Source of the DNA: Squalus acanthias
Taxonomy: Eukaryota
Length of the DNA: 64,000 bases
NCBI GenBank assembly: GCA_030390025.1
Contig: CM059434.1
Location: forward strand, 131,564,001-131,628,000
Direction of reading: 5' to 3'
Shown here: positions 10,548-22,850 of the stretch, piece by piece
How positions within the stretch are numbered: the stretch's first letter is position 1
How the letters are laid out: every line of letters begins with the position of its first letter
The notes under the pieces: generated by a model
What the model was told of the DNA's origin: nothing
The model's database searches: none
What the model saw: the letters and a program-made list of their open reading frames with translations, nothing else
Translations under genes and position numbers: made by a program

Positions 10548-12668
10548 ATTAGTAAGTGGGGGAGAGGGCTCAAGGGGAAATTGCAGTACAAATAGTAGTT
10601 CAAAAACAAACGAAAGGGAAGAGAGTAGAGCAGCAGTCAGAAATTGTGCTTTAGGCACTACAGGTAAGGGGAAAACTAAAAGATGTAAAGCGATTAAACC
10701 AGGAGAGAGAAATAAGAAACATGTGAGTAAAACATTAGAGCTGAAGGACAGGCTCGGGTGTGTGGCCCAAATAAGCGTTCGTTATATAAACGCACGGAGT
10801 ATAAGGAATAAATTGAATCAACTGCAGGCACAAATTCAAATTAGAGGGTATGACATGGTAGCCATTACTGAGACATGGCTGCAAGACGGTCAAGACTGGG
10901 AACTAAATATGCCAGGTTATAAGGTCTACAGGACAGATAGGGAAAATGGCAGAGGGGGAGGAGAAGCCTTAGTGATTAGGGATGAAATCACTTCAATGAT
11001 AAGAGAGGATATAAAGAGAGGTAAGCAGCCAGTGGAGACCTTATGGGTTGAATTAAGAAATAGGAAAGGATCTAAGACTGTAATGGGAGTTGTGTATAGG
11101 CCCCCTGGTAGCAGCTCTGAAGTGCTAGATTGTATAAATGCAGAGATTAGACAAGCGTGCAGTAAAGGCAGAGTGGTTTAAATGGGGGCATTTAACTTTC
11201 TCATAGATTGGGAAAAGCAGACTAGCACCTGTCGGAAAGGTAGTGAATTTCTTGAGTGTGTCCGGGATGGTTTTCTACAACAATATGTCCTAGAGGCAAC
11301 AATGGGGCAAGCCATATTAGATTTAGTAATGAGCAATGAGCCAGATTTAGTTAACAGCCTGACTGTGCGTGAACATTTATCCAATAGCGATCATAACATG
11401 ATCGAGTTCAATGTAGTGTTTGAAAGGGAGAAACGTGAAACAGCTACTCAGATTCTAGATTTAGGTCAGGCCTACTTCGACGGGATGAGGCAGAGACTGT
11501 CCACAGCAAACTGGGCAAATCTGTTAATGGGTAAAATGACTGAAGATCAGTGGGAGATGTTTAAAAAATAATTTAAAGTGATCCAGAACCAGTTTACACC
11601 CCTGAGGAGCAAGAGCTCAACTTGCCAAAAAAACCAGCCATGGACAACGAAAGAGGTAAGGGACAGCATAAAACTAAAGGAAAGGGCATACAAAAATACA
11701 AAAACTAGCACAGATCCTGGTGAATGGGAAAGATACAAAGAACAGCAAAGGGTCACAAAACAGATAGGAAGAGCTACAAAAAGGGAGTATGAAAAGAAAC
11801 TTGCAAGAACATAAGAAATAGGAGCAGGAGTAGGCCATTTGGCCCCTCGAGCCTGCTCCGCCATTCAATAAGATCATGGCTGATCTGGTCTTGGCCTCAA
11901 CTCTACTTTCCTGCCCGCTCCCCGTAACCCTTGACTCCCTTATCGTTCAAAAATCTGTCTATCTCCACCTTGAATATATTCAATGACCCTGCCTCCACAG
12001 CTCTCTGGGGTAGAGAATTCCAAAGATTCACGACCCTCTGAGAGAAGAAATTCCTCATCTCCGTTTTAAATGGACGACCCCTTATTCTGAAACTATGCCC
12101 CCTAGTTCTAGATTCCCCCACGAGTGGAAACATCCTCTCTGCATCTACCCTGTCGAGCCCCCTCAGAATCTTATGTTTCAATAAGATCCCCTCTCATTCT
12201 TCTAAACTCCAATGAGTATAGGCTCAACCTGCTCAACCTTTCGTCATACGTCAACCCCTTCATCCCAGGAATCAACCTAGTGAACCTTCTCTGAACTGCC
12301 TCCAATGCAAGTATATCCCTCCTTAAATATGGAGACCAAAACTGTACTCAGTACTCCAGGTGTGGTCTCGCCAACGCCCTATACAGTTGTAGCAGGACTT
12401 CCCTACTTTTATACTCCATCCCCCTTGCAATAAAGGCCAACATTCCATTTGCCTTCCTAATTACTTGCTGTACCTGCATGGTAAGTTTTTGTGCTTCATG
12501 TACAAGGACCCCCAGATCCTTCTGCACCGCTGCATTTTGTAGTCTCTCTCCATTTAAATAATAATTTGCTTTTTTATTTTTCCTTCCTCACATTTTCCCA
12601 CATTATACTCCATCTGCCAAATTTTTGCCCACTCACTTAACCTATCTATATCCCTTTACAGATTCTTT

Positions 12669-13512
12669 GGGCTGGATTTTGAAGTTGGAGTCGAGTTGGG
12701 GTCGGGAATCACACATTCTGGCTTGTGAACCCGCCTCCATCGAGATGTGGCCAACCCACTGTATTTTCCCTTGATTGACCTTGTTGAGCCCGCCCAGTGG
12801 GCTCAGCAGGCTAATTAAGGGCCACCCGGCAACAGGTGACGTCACAGACTGACATTTCATCTGTCAAGAGCTTTTGACAGGTGAAATATCAGCGTTTGAC
12901 AGCTCTGTGAAGCTGTCAAACACTCACAATATGATTTATAACTTCAGTCCTTCCTTTCAGGCTGAGTTAGAAATCATTCCACCACAGAAACCAGAAGGCT
13001 GCTGTTTTTGACAGGTCCACGGCTTTCCTGCTTTCTGTGCCGGTGAGATTTCTAACTCCCGAGAACTGAAGGGCTGACACCTGCAGAAGGAAGTTAAGGT
13101 AAGTAAAACTTTTTTCAACAGTTAGCACTTACCTTACACACTTACCTCTGCACACATGCACCCATCACTCACCTGCCCACCGGACATATCGACCCCTCCA
13201 ACCCCTGCAGTCCCACGGCCCGACCCGATAACTTGGAGTGTTTGCCACCTGTCGGGAAGCCCACACTTTTGTTTTTAAAATAGGGATTATGCCAAAAACT
13301 GCCTGTTAACTACCTGTTAACAAGCAGTTAATTGTCAGTAATCCCTTCCCGCCTCGGGGAGTCGGGTCTCAGACCAGGTCGGGTACCCGCCGCCAGAGAA
13401 ACTGGCATGGAGGCGGGTTGGAGTCGGGATGGGGTCGGGACCCTCGAATCTGCAACTTTAACCCCCCCCCCGACTCCAAACCCGACTCCACGGGTCATTC
13501 AAAATCCAGCCC
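12669..13512. mobile_element. Non-autonomous PIF/Harbinger-type DNA transposon (844 bp)
   Basis: Perfect 15-bp TIR GGGCTGGATTTTGAA and 3-bp TSD TTT (12666-12668 / 13513-13515). Removing it restores the CR1 sequence gattctttgtgtcc. Confidence 0.88.
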
Positions 13513-14492
13513 TTTGTGTCCTCTTCACAACTTGCTTTCCCACCTATTTTTGTATCATCAGCAAATTTGGCTACATTACACTCGGTCTCTTCATCCAAGT
13601 CATTAATATAGATTGTAAACAGCTGAGGCCCCAGCACTGATTCCTGTGGCACCCCAGTTTCCCAACCTGAAAATGACCCATTTATCCTGACTCTCTGTTT
13701 CCTGTTAGTTAGCCAATCCTCTATCCATGCTAATATATTACCCCAACACCCTGAGCTCTTATCTTGTGCAGTAACCTTTTATGTGGCACTTTATCGAATG
13801 CCTTCTGGAAATCCAAACACACTACATCTACTGGTTCCCCTTTATCCACCCTGCTCGTTACATCCTCAAAGAACTCTAGCAAATTTGTCAAACATGATTT
13901 CCCTTTCATAAAACCATGCTGACTCTGCTTGACTGTATTTTGATTTTATAAATGTCCTGCTATTACTTCCTTAATAATGGACTGTAGCATTTTGCCAATG
14001 ACAGATGTTAGGCTAACTGGTCTATAGTTTCCTGCTTTCTGTCTCCCTCCTTTCTTGAATAGGGGTGTTACATTTGTGGTTTTCCAATTCGCTGGGACCT
14101 CTCCAGAATCTGGGGAATTTTGGTAGATTACAACCAATGCATCCACTATCTCTGCAGCCACTTCTTTTAAGACCCTAGGATGCAGGCCATCAGGTCCAGG
14201 GGACTTGTCCACCTTTAGTCCCATAAGTTTGCCGAGTACTTTTTCTCTAGTGATAGTGATTGTTTTAAGTTCCCCCCTCCCTATAGCCCCTTGATTATCT
14301 ATTATTATTGGGATGTTTTTAGTGTCTTCTACCGTGAAGACTGATACAAAATATTTGTTCAAAGTCTCTGCCATTTTCCTGTTTCCCATTAGTAATTCCC
14401 CAGTCTCATCCTCTAAAGGACCAACATTTATTTTAGTTACTCTCTTCCTTTTTATATACCTCTAGAAGCTCTTACTGTCTGTTTTTATATTT

Positions 14493-15401
14493 AGAACATA
14501 GAGAAACATAGAAAAATAGGAGCAGGAGTAGGCCATTCGGCCCTTTGAGCCTGCTCCGCCGTTCAATATGATGATGGCTGATCCTCTATCTCAATACCAT
14601 ATTCCCGCTCTCTCCCCATACCCCTTGATGCCTTTTGTGTCTAGAAATCTATCTATCTCCTTCTTAAATATATTCAGTGACTTGGCCTCCACAGCCTTCT
14701 GTGGTAGAGAATTCCACAGGTTTACCACCCTCTGAGTGAAGAAATTTCTCCTCATCTCAGTCCGAAATGTCCTACCCTGTATCCTGAGACTGTGACCCCT
14801 CATTCTAGACCCCCCAGCCAGGGGAAACATCCTCCCTGCATCCAGTCTGTCTAGCCCTGTCAGAATTTTATACGTTTCAATGCGATCCCCTCTCATTCTT
14901 CTAAACTCTAGTGAATACAGGCCTAGTCGACCCAATCTCTCCTCATACGACAGTCCTGCCATCCCAGGAATCAGTCTGGTGAACCTTCACTGTACTCCCT
15001 CTATGGCAAGTATATCCTTTCTTAGGTAAGGAGACCAGAACTGCACATAGTACTCCAGGTGTGGTCTCACCAAGGCCCTGTATAACTGTAGTAAGAGATC
15101 CTTGCTCCTGTACTCAAATCCTCTTGCAATGAAGGCCAACATACCATTTGCCTTCCTAACTGCTTGCTGCACCTGCATGTTTTCTTTCAGTGACTGGTGT
15201 ACAAGGACACCCAGGTCCCTTTGTACATCAACATTTCACGATCTATCACCATTTAAATAATACTCTGCCTTTCTGTTTTTCCTACCGAAGTGGATAACTT
15301 CACATTTATCCACGTTATACTGCATCAGCCATGTATTTGCCCACTCACTCAACTTATCTAAATCGCCTTGAAGCCTCTTTGCATCCTCCTCATTACTCAC
15401 A
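14493..15401 (-). mobile_element. CR1 3' fragment nested in an older CR1
   Basis: ORFs 14591-14962 and 14987-15178 ([12 protein letters not shown]); tail agaacatagagaaacatag; apparent ATTT duplication at the two junctions. Confidence 0.88.
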
Positions 15402-15950
15402 ATTTCTTGCTAGTTTACTCTTATAATCTATCTTCTCTCTATTTTTTTAGTCGTCCTTTGCTGGTTTCTAAAAATTTCCCAATCCTCTGGCCTACCACTA
15501 ATCTTCGCATTATTGTATGCCTTTGTTTTCAATTTGATGCCATCCTTAACTTCCTTAGTTAGCCACGGATGGTTCATTCTTCTCTTAGAGTCTTTCTTTC
15601 TCACTGGAATATATCTTTGCTGAGAGTTATGAAATATCTCCTTAAATGTCTGCCACTGCTTATCTACCATCTTACCCTTTAATCTATTTTCCCAGTCCAC
15701 TTTAGCCAACTCTGTCTTCATACCTTTGTAATTGCCTTTATTTAACTTTAAGACACTAGTTTCAGACCCAAGTTTCTCACCCTCAAACTGAATTTGAAAT
15801 TCTATCATGCTATGATCACTCTTCCCTAGAGGATCCTTTACTATGAGATCATTAATTAATCCTATCTCATTACACATGACAAGATCCAAACTAGCCTGCT
15901 CCCTGGTTGGTTCCACAATGTATTGTTCTAAGAAACCAACCCGAATACAC

Positions 15951-16530
15951 TCATGTTCTAGATTCCCCAGCCAGGGGAAACATTTTCCCAGCATTAACCC
16001 TGTCAAGCCCCTTAAGAATTTTATATGTTTCAATGAGATCACCTCTCATTCTTCTAAACTCTAGGGAATATAGGCCTAGTCTACTCAATCTCTCCTCATA
16101 GGGCAATCCCCTCATCCCAGGAACCAGTCTACAGAGCCTTCGTTGCACCTCCTCTAAGGCAAGAATGTCTTTCCTTAGGTAATGAGACCAGAACTGCACA
16201 CAGTACTCCAGGTGTGGTCTCACCAATGCCCTGTATAATTGTAGTAAGACTACTCTTATACTCTAATCCCTTTGTAACAAAAGCTAACATACCATTTGCT
16301 TTCTTAATTGCTTGCTGTACCTGCATATTAACTTTCTGTGATTCATGTACAAGGACACCCAGGTCCCTCTGAATGCAAACATTTCCCAGTCTCTCACCAT
16401 CCAAAAATATTCTGCTTTTTTGTTTTTCCTACCAAAGTGGAAGGCGAAGATGAGATAGAAGATCAGCCATGATCTTACAGGATGGTGGAGCAGGCTCGAA
16501 GGGCTGAATGGCCGACTCCTATTCCTTTAT
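15951..16530 (-). mobile_element. CR1 fragment, followed by a short opposite-strand CR1 tail (16441-16530)
   Basis: ORFs 15951-16226 and 16129-16404 carry CR1 RT C-terminal motifs. Confidence 0.8.
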
Positions 16531-16544
16531 ATTCTTTTGACCAA

Positions 16545-17055
16545 TGCTTCCATTGCAGCACAATCATTTCCATGCTGCCTTGGAAGCTCAAACTGCTGCC
16601 ACCGTGGCTCTGGGTACCATTGTTGAAAGTGGCTTCTAGAGCATCAGAGGAGTCCATCATCTGTCTGCAATAGTTCACCATGATTGTTGAGGAGCCATTC
16701 CAGGAGAGTGGCAGTGGCTCCATGGAACAAGAACCCCTCAGGATGACAGCATTCCTACTCCCATCCCTGCTACTCCACCAGTGCCCTTGCTGTTGCCTGT
16801 CAGCCAGTCGGCACAGACTGATACAGCCCATGATAAGATGGCGTAGTCTGAAGCCAGGCAGTCTAGGCCCAGAGCTGCTCGAGGTCGCCCTCCATTGAAG
16901 GTCAGCAAGGTCCCATGCTGCAGCCACTAAGGAAACACCTTGTATGAGCACTAGGAAAAGCAAAGGCACATGGAAGACAGGCATTTATGGAATGCACAAG
17001 GGTGATTAGCTTCATTTTGTATGTATTATTTAGTGATTTACTTCATAAATTTGGA
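16545..17055 (+). mobile_element. Harbinger fragment (3' part of Myb/SANT gene region)
   Basis: Homologous to 29330-29850 (gagcactag..gcaaagg..cacaagggtgattag). Confidence 0.65.
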
Positions 17056-17059
17056 TTTA

Positions 17060-17380
17060 GAATCATAGAATGATACAGAACAGAAGGAGGCCATTCGGTC
17101 CATCGTGCCTATGCTGGCTCTTTGGTAGCCAATTAATCCTTGCTCTTTCCCCATAGCCCTGTAAAATTTTTCCCTTCAAATATTTATCCAATTCTCTCTT
17201 GAATGTTACTATCGAATCTGCTTCTACCACCCTTTCAGGCCGTGCATGCCAGATCACAACTCGTGTAAAATTAGGTTTCCTCGTGTCGCCTCTGTTTCTT
17301 TTGCCAATCACCTTAAATCTGTGTCCTCTGGTTACCACTGGAAACAGTTTCTCCTTATTTACTTTGCTATACCATTCATG
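17060..17380 (-). mobile_element. CR1 3' fragment
   Basis: Encodes TRGHRFKVIG..VVEADSIVTFKRELDKYL; atcatagaat tail. Confidence 0.8.
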
Positions 17381-17455
17381 ATTTTGGCTTTGCAGGTGGT
17401 GTTGGTTTTTATTTCTGCTGTGACCTGAGGGAGGAACCAATAAGTGTTGTCAGAA

Positions 17456-20400
17456 AGATACATAGATACATAGATACATAGAAGATAGGAGCAGGAATAG
17501 GCCATCCGGACCTTCGAGCCTGCTCCGCCATTTAATGAGATCATGGCTGATCCTCCAATTCAGTATCCCGTCCCCGCCTTCTCTCCGTAACCCTTAACCC
17601 CTTTTGCCTGTAGAAATATATCTAATTCCCTCTTAAATATATTTAATGAGCTGGCGTACACTGCCCTCTGTGGCAATGAGTTCCACAGGTTCACCACCCT
17701 CTGAGTGAAGAAATTCCCCCTCATTTCTGTCCTAAATGGTTTAGCCCTTATCCTTAAATTATGTCCTCTAGTTCTGTTCTCACCCGCCAAGGGAAACATT
17801 CCTTCTGCATCTAGTCTGTCTAGACCTGTCAGAATTTTATACACTTCTATGAGGTCCCCTCTCAATCTTCTAAACTCCAGTGTGTACATCCCTAAACTAC
17901 ATAGTCTCTCCTCATAGGTCAATCCCGCCATTCCTGGTATCAGCCTGGTGAATCGCCGCTGCACCCCCTCCATGGCAAGAACATCTTTCCTCAGATGAGG
18001 CGACCAAAACTGTACACAGTACTCGAGGTGTGGTCTCACCAGTGCCCTGTACAGCTGCAGCAAGGTATCCCTGTTCCTGTATTCCAACCCTTTTGCTATG
18101 AAGGCCAGCATACCGTTTGCCTTCTTGACCGCCTGTTGCACCTGCATGCTCGCCTTCAGTGACTGGTGTACAAGAACACCCAGGTCTCTCTGTACTTCCC
18201 CCTCTCCCAATTTATTGCCATTTAAATAATAATTTGCCCTCCCGTTCCTGCACCCAAGGTGGATAACTTCGCACTTGTCCACATTATAGTGCATCTGCCA
18301 TTTATCCGCCCAATCACCCAGTCTGTCCAAATCGCTCTGGAGCTTCCTGGTCTCCTCCTCTGAGCCCACCCCCCCTCCTAGTTTAGTGTCGTCTGCAAAT
18401 TTGGAAATGCTGCATCCGACTCCCTGATCCAGGTCATTAATGTAAATTGTGAACAGCTGGGGACCCAGGACAGATCCCTGTGGTACCCCACTTGTTACTG
18501 CCTGCCATTCAGAAAATGAGCCGTTTATTCCAACTCTCTGTTTTCTATCTGACAGCCAGTTCTCTATCCACGTCAATACTTTCCCCTTTATCCCATGAGC
18601 TTCAATTTTCCATGCTAATCTTTTATGTGGGACCTTATCGAAGGCCTTTTGGAAGTCCAGGTACACCACATCTACTGGCTCTCCCCCATCTATTTTACCA
18701 GTTACTCCCTCAAAAAATTCCAATAGATTAGTCAAGCACGATTTACCCTTTGTAAATCCATGTTGACTCTGTCCTATCCTGTCCCCATTTGCTAAGTGCT
18801 CCGCTATTTCATCCTTAATGATGGACTCCAGCATTTTGCCCACAACTGATGTAAGGCTTACAGGTCTGTAATTACCTGCTTTTTCCCTACCCCCCTTTTT
18901 GAATAGTGGGGTAACGTTAGCTACCCTCCAATCCATGGGCACTGTTCCCGAGTCTAATGAATTCTGAAAAATCATACTGAGTGCATCCGCTATCTCTAGG
19001 GCCACCTCCTTCAGTACCCTAGGATGCATGTTATCAGGCCCTGGGGATTTGTCCGCCTTCAATCCCTTTAGCTTCCTTAACACCATATCCTTAGAGATAT
19101 TGATTTGTGTCAGTTCCTCCTTTGCCAATGTCCCTATTTTTCCCGATATCCCAGGGAGGTTTTTGTGTCTTCCTTCGTAAAGACTGACCCAAAGTATGCA
19201 TTTAGTTGGTCTGCCATTTCCTTATTTCCCGTTATATATTCCCCCGTATCTGACTGCAATGGACCAACTTTGGTTTTCACCAGTCTTTTCCTCTTGATAT
19301 ACTTATAAAAGCTTTTGGAGTTAGTTTTTATATTTTCCGCCAGCTTGCTTTCGTAAACTATTTTGCCCCTCTTGATTAAGCCCTTTGTCCTCCTTTGCTC
19401 TATCTTAAACTGTTCCCAATCTTCCGCTCTTGCGCTTTTTTGGGCTATTTTATACGCCCTATCTTTGGATTTTATGCTGTCTCTAATTTCCCCTGTTATC
19501 CACGGTTGAGTCACCTTTTTAGATTTCCTTTTATGCCAGATTGGTATAAACAATTTTTGCAATTTTGTCATTCTATCTTTAAATGCTTGCCATTGTTTAT
19601 CTACCTCCAGTCCTCCCAGGAACGTTGTCCAATCAGACCTACTCCGTTCCCGTCTAATGGCATCATAATTCCCCTTGTTTAAATTCAGGACCTTAGTCTC
19701 TGAGTCAATTTCTTCGCTCTCCATTTCGAGTGAGAAATCGATCATGTTATGATCGCTCTGACCCAAGGGTCCCCGTACAACAAGATTACTAATTAGTCCC
19801 TTCTCATTGCACAGTACCCAGTCCAATATAGCCTGTTCCCGAGTTGGTTCCTCGACATATTGATCCAGATAACCATCCCTTAAACACTCAAGGAATTCCT
19901 CCTCCTCATTATTTTTACTGATTAGGCTAGTCCAATCTATATGTAAGTTAAAGTCACCTATGATGACAGCTGTGATCTTATTGCACGCTTCTCTAATTTC
20001 CCTCGTGATGCCCTCCCCAACCTCTATTTTACTATTTGGAGGCCTATATACCACTCCTATTAATGTTTTTCGCCCCTCGCTATTTCTTAGCTCCACCCAT
20101 ATAGATTCTGTATTAACTGAGTTAATATCCTTCCTTTCAATTGCATTTATCCCCTCTTTTACCAGCAATGCTACCCCTCCTCCCTTTCTTTTTTGTCGAT
20201 CCTTCCTAAATACTGAATACCCCTGTATGTTAAGCTCCCAGCCCTGCTCACCCTGCAACCATGTTTCCGTAATGCCAATTAGATCATAATTATTAACCTC
20301 TATTTCCACAGCTAATTCATCTACCTTGTTCCTGATGCTTCTCGCATTAAGGTATAAAACCCTCAGGCTTTTTTTATGCTCACATTTTTTATGAATTAGT

Positions 20401-20736
20401 TTGGCCCTTTGTTTTTTGTTCCTCACCCTTTTACCATTTATTTCTGTCTGCCTTTCACTTTCCTCTATTTCACTACATAGGTTTCTAGCCCCCTGCCATA
20501 CTAGTTTAAATGCTCCCGAACTGCTTTATCAAAAATTACCCCGAGAACATCAGTTCCATCTTTGCACAGGTGTAGACCGTCCCTTTTGTATAGGTCACAC
20601 CTACCACAAAACTGGTTCCAATGCCTCAAAAATTTAAAACCCTCCCTCTTACACCACTGCTCAAGCCACGTATTTAGCCTAACTATCCTGTTCTCTGTAC
20701 TCTTACTAGCACGTGGCACTGGTAGTAATCCAGAGA
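17456..20736 (-). mobile_element. 5'-truncated young CR1 LINE with near-intact ORF2
   Basis: ORF1 C-terminus at 20501-20736 (DGLHL), EN ORF 19134-20426, RT ORF 17560-19128 ([15 protein letters not shown]) and a (gatacata)3 tail at 17456. Confidence 0.95.
17560..20426 (-). pseudogene. CR1 ORF2 (AP endonuclease + reverse transcriptase) with a single frameshift
   Basis: The 430-aa and 522-aa ORFs join into about 955 aa if one base is added to the homopolymer at 19160-19164. Confidence 0.88.
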
Positions 20737-20744
20737 TGTGATGG

Positions 20745-21730
20745 TCAGTGAGAGAGGAAAGGTAAAGGGCTAAATATTAACTCGGAGGCGGGGAGAGAGC
20801 GCGTTGGGGTTGGGGCGGGGGGGGGGGAGGCGGCGGTGCGGGGGCTGGATTGAGGTCGGGAAACCCGGAAGAATGGCAGGACCTGATTAACATATTTTGT
20901 CTCCGTTTCCCGGCTGCTGCCAACCAGATTGAGAGGCTGGCTGGCTGTCAGGCAGGTAGGCTTTCGGAACCAGGCTGCAGCCGGGGAACCGAGCGGAGAG
21001 GAGGGAGGGAGGGATGGATCAGGGAGGCCTAGGGGTGGCGGAGGCTGGAGGATCAGAAGTCGGGCAACATCGGGAGACTGGGGCCGGGGGAGATAGATCG
21101 GGAGCCCTGAGCCGGGGGAGATCATGGAGGCCGGAGCTGGGGGAAGGAAGATCGGGAGTCCTGAGCCGATGGAGATTGTGGAGGCTGAAGCAGGGGGAGG
21201 AAGAGCGGGAGTCGTGAGCCGGCAACATCAGGGAGATCGGTGGCCAGGGTGAACGGAGTCTGGAGGCCACTAGGAAGATCGGAGGCCAGAGCAGGGGGGG
21301 AGATTGGGAGGATTGTGGACTGGTGGGTGAGATTGGAGGCCTCGTGGAGGAGGTCGGGAGGGGTGTCCGATCGCGCGGCAGGGGGGCAGGTGGTGATGGG
21401 GTGGGTAAAGCAGGTAAGCTGCATCCAGCAGGTAAGAGGAAAGGCACTTGCCTCCTAGATCCAGCAGTCCTTGCCTCACTTTAGCCGCTGAGTTTCCCGC
21501 AGCTCGGGAAACCCGGCCAGCCAGGGTTAAATTTAAAATGGTGGTTAAATATGAGGCTCCGAGCCTCATTATAATATTTAAATTGCCAGCCCGCCTTCTG
21601 CGTAACAGTTTGGCTGCCTGCCCCCTGTCCCGCCTCAGTTAAAACCAGAAGTGGGCGGGTTGGAGGCGGGATTCAGATTTTTAACATTTTAACATCCCAC
21701 CCGACCCCAACCCACCTGTTTTTGGGGGTT
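20745..21730. repeat. GC-rich repeat-derived segment (probable non-autonomous DNA transposon) with G-rich low-complexity core
   Basis: Part is homologous to 4680-4890; degenerate gagatcgg(g)ag motifs at 21040-21360. No convincing TIR pair was resolved. Confidence 0.55.
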
Positions 21731-21799
21731 AACGGTGTGGTGAATGAAGAAATGTAGTTGATACTGGTATCGCTCATGAATAATCTGATAATGTGGAGT

Positions 21800-22070
21800 C
21801 CTGGCAAAAAGGGGCTGTCTATGTATAGCCTCCCTTCCTCTTCCTCCTGCTCCTCAGCTTCTCGCCTGATAGGTGGTGGCATGGGCTGCTCTCTCATAAT
21901 AGCGAGGTTGTGCAGCATCATACCACAAATCGTATCGATGCCTACAATTGCACCAGCAGCCAGAAAAAATAATCCAGCAACTAACCTGTAAATCCCTTTC
22001 AATAGCGCTGGTGGGGGGTCCGTCATGCCGTTAAACATTGTGCCCAGCTGTGCGAGGTTAGGAAAGGACA
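21800..22070 (-). pseudogene. Harbinger transposase C-terminal remnant
   Basis: CGMMLHNLAIMREQPMPPP parallels VCCILHNLAIMRVQPLPP at 30343-30585. Confidence 0.7.
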
Positions 22071-22547
22071 TTGGCTGGAGTGTGGAGTTCCAAAATACAG
22101 TGGTGGCTTCAAATCAGCGTTGCACACCGAGTCGCATCATGATCTGCCTGGTCTGCATGCTGTCGGCGGTTGCTAGGCATGTGTGCGCAAACCCCTTTAA
22201 CAAGATGGCGTCCTGTGTATGTCCCATCGGAAGTGTGTGCACGCACCTTGGACACCATTTTGAAACCTGCGCAATCTTGGCTACATGGCCCAGTTTAACC
22301 CCCAGTCACCCATGTGCTGATTCCCTGATTTTTGACAACATGTCCGGAGGAGGCATGCCAAGTAGGCACTATAAATTGCTGGAAGGGCAGAGAGGGCGTA
22401 AATCAGAGGATGAGACACCTCAGGTTTCTGTCATGTACAGCTGGCTTGAGCTATGTTGGAAGAGCCCTGAGGTAAGGATACTTGCACACCTCCCACTGGG
22501 ATTAGAAGTTCAGGGAGACCTGGAGACTTAAAAAAAATTAAAGAGAG

Positions 22548-22850
22548 AAAAAGGAAAAAGACTTGCATTTATATAGCGCCTTTCACGATCACTGGATGTC
22601 CCAAAGAAAGTACATTTTGAAATGCAGTCACTCTTGTAATGTAGGAAACGTGGCAGCCAACTTGCAAGCTCCCACAAACAGATAATCTGTTTTAATGATG
22701 TTGATTGAGGGATTAATATTGGCCAGGACACCGGGGATTACTCCCCTGCTCTTCTTCGAAATAGTGCCATAGGATCTTTTATGTCCACCTGAGAGAGCAG
22801 ACGGTTCCTCGGTTTAACGTTTCATCCGAAAGATGGCACCTCCAACAGTG
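22548..22850 (-). mobile_element. DeuSINE (SacSINE1/AmnSINE1-like)
   Basis: Deu-domain aaagatcctatggcactatttcgaagaagagcaggggag and tail gcgctatataaatgcaagtc on the minus strand. Confidence 0.85.

Larger units (their letters stand above)
8440..11806 (+). mobile_element. CR1 LINE retaining 5' UTR, ORF1 and the ORF2 endonuclease region; 3' truncated
   Basis: ORF1 from 8688 and ORF2 pieces at 10723-11806 ([24 protein letters not shown]). It ends where an antisense CR1 tail begins at 11807. Confidence 0.9.
11807..15950 (-). mobile_element. Degraded CR1 LINE ORF2 hosting two nested insertions
   Basis: ORF2 fragments at 11903-12181, 13458-13652 (KFADDTK), 13946-14389 (NYRPVSLTS) and 15428-15950; 3' tail at 11807. 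Confidence 0.88.

Noticed and set aside
20745-21650. GC-rich region as a CpG-island promoter or proline-rich protein gene
   Set aside because: It is partly homologous to 4680-4890, low in complexity and flanked by transposon debris, with no splice-supported gene.
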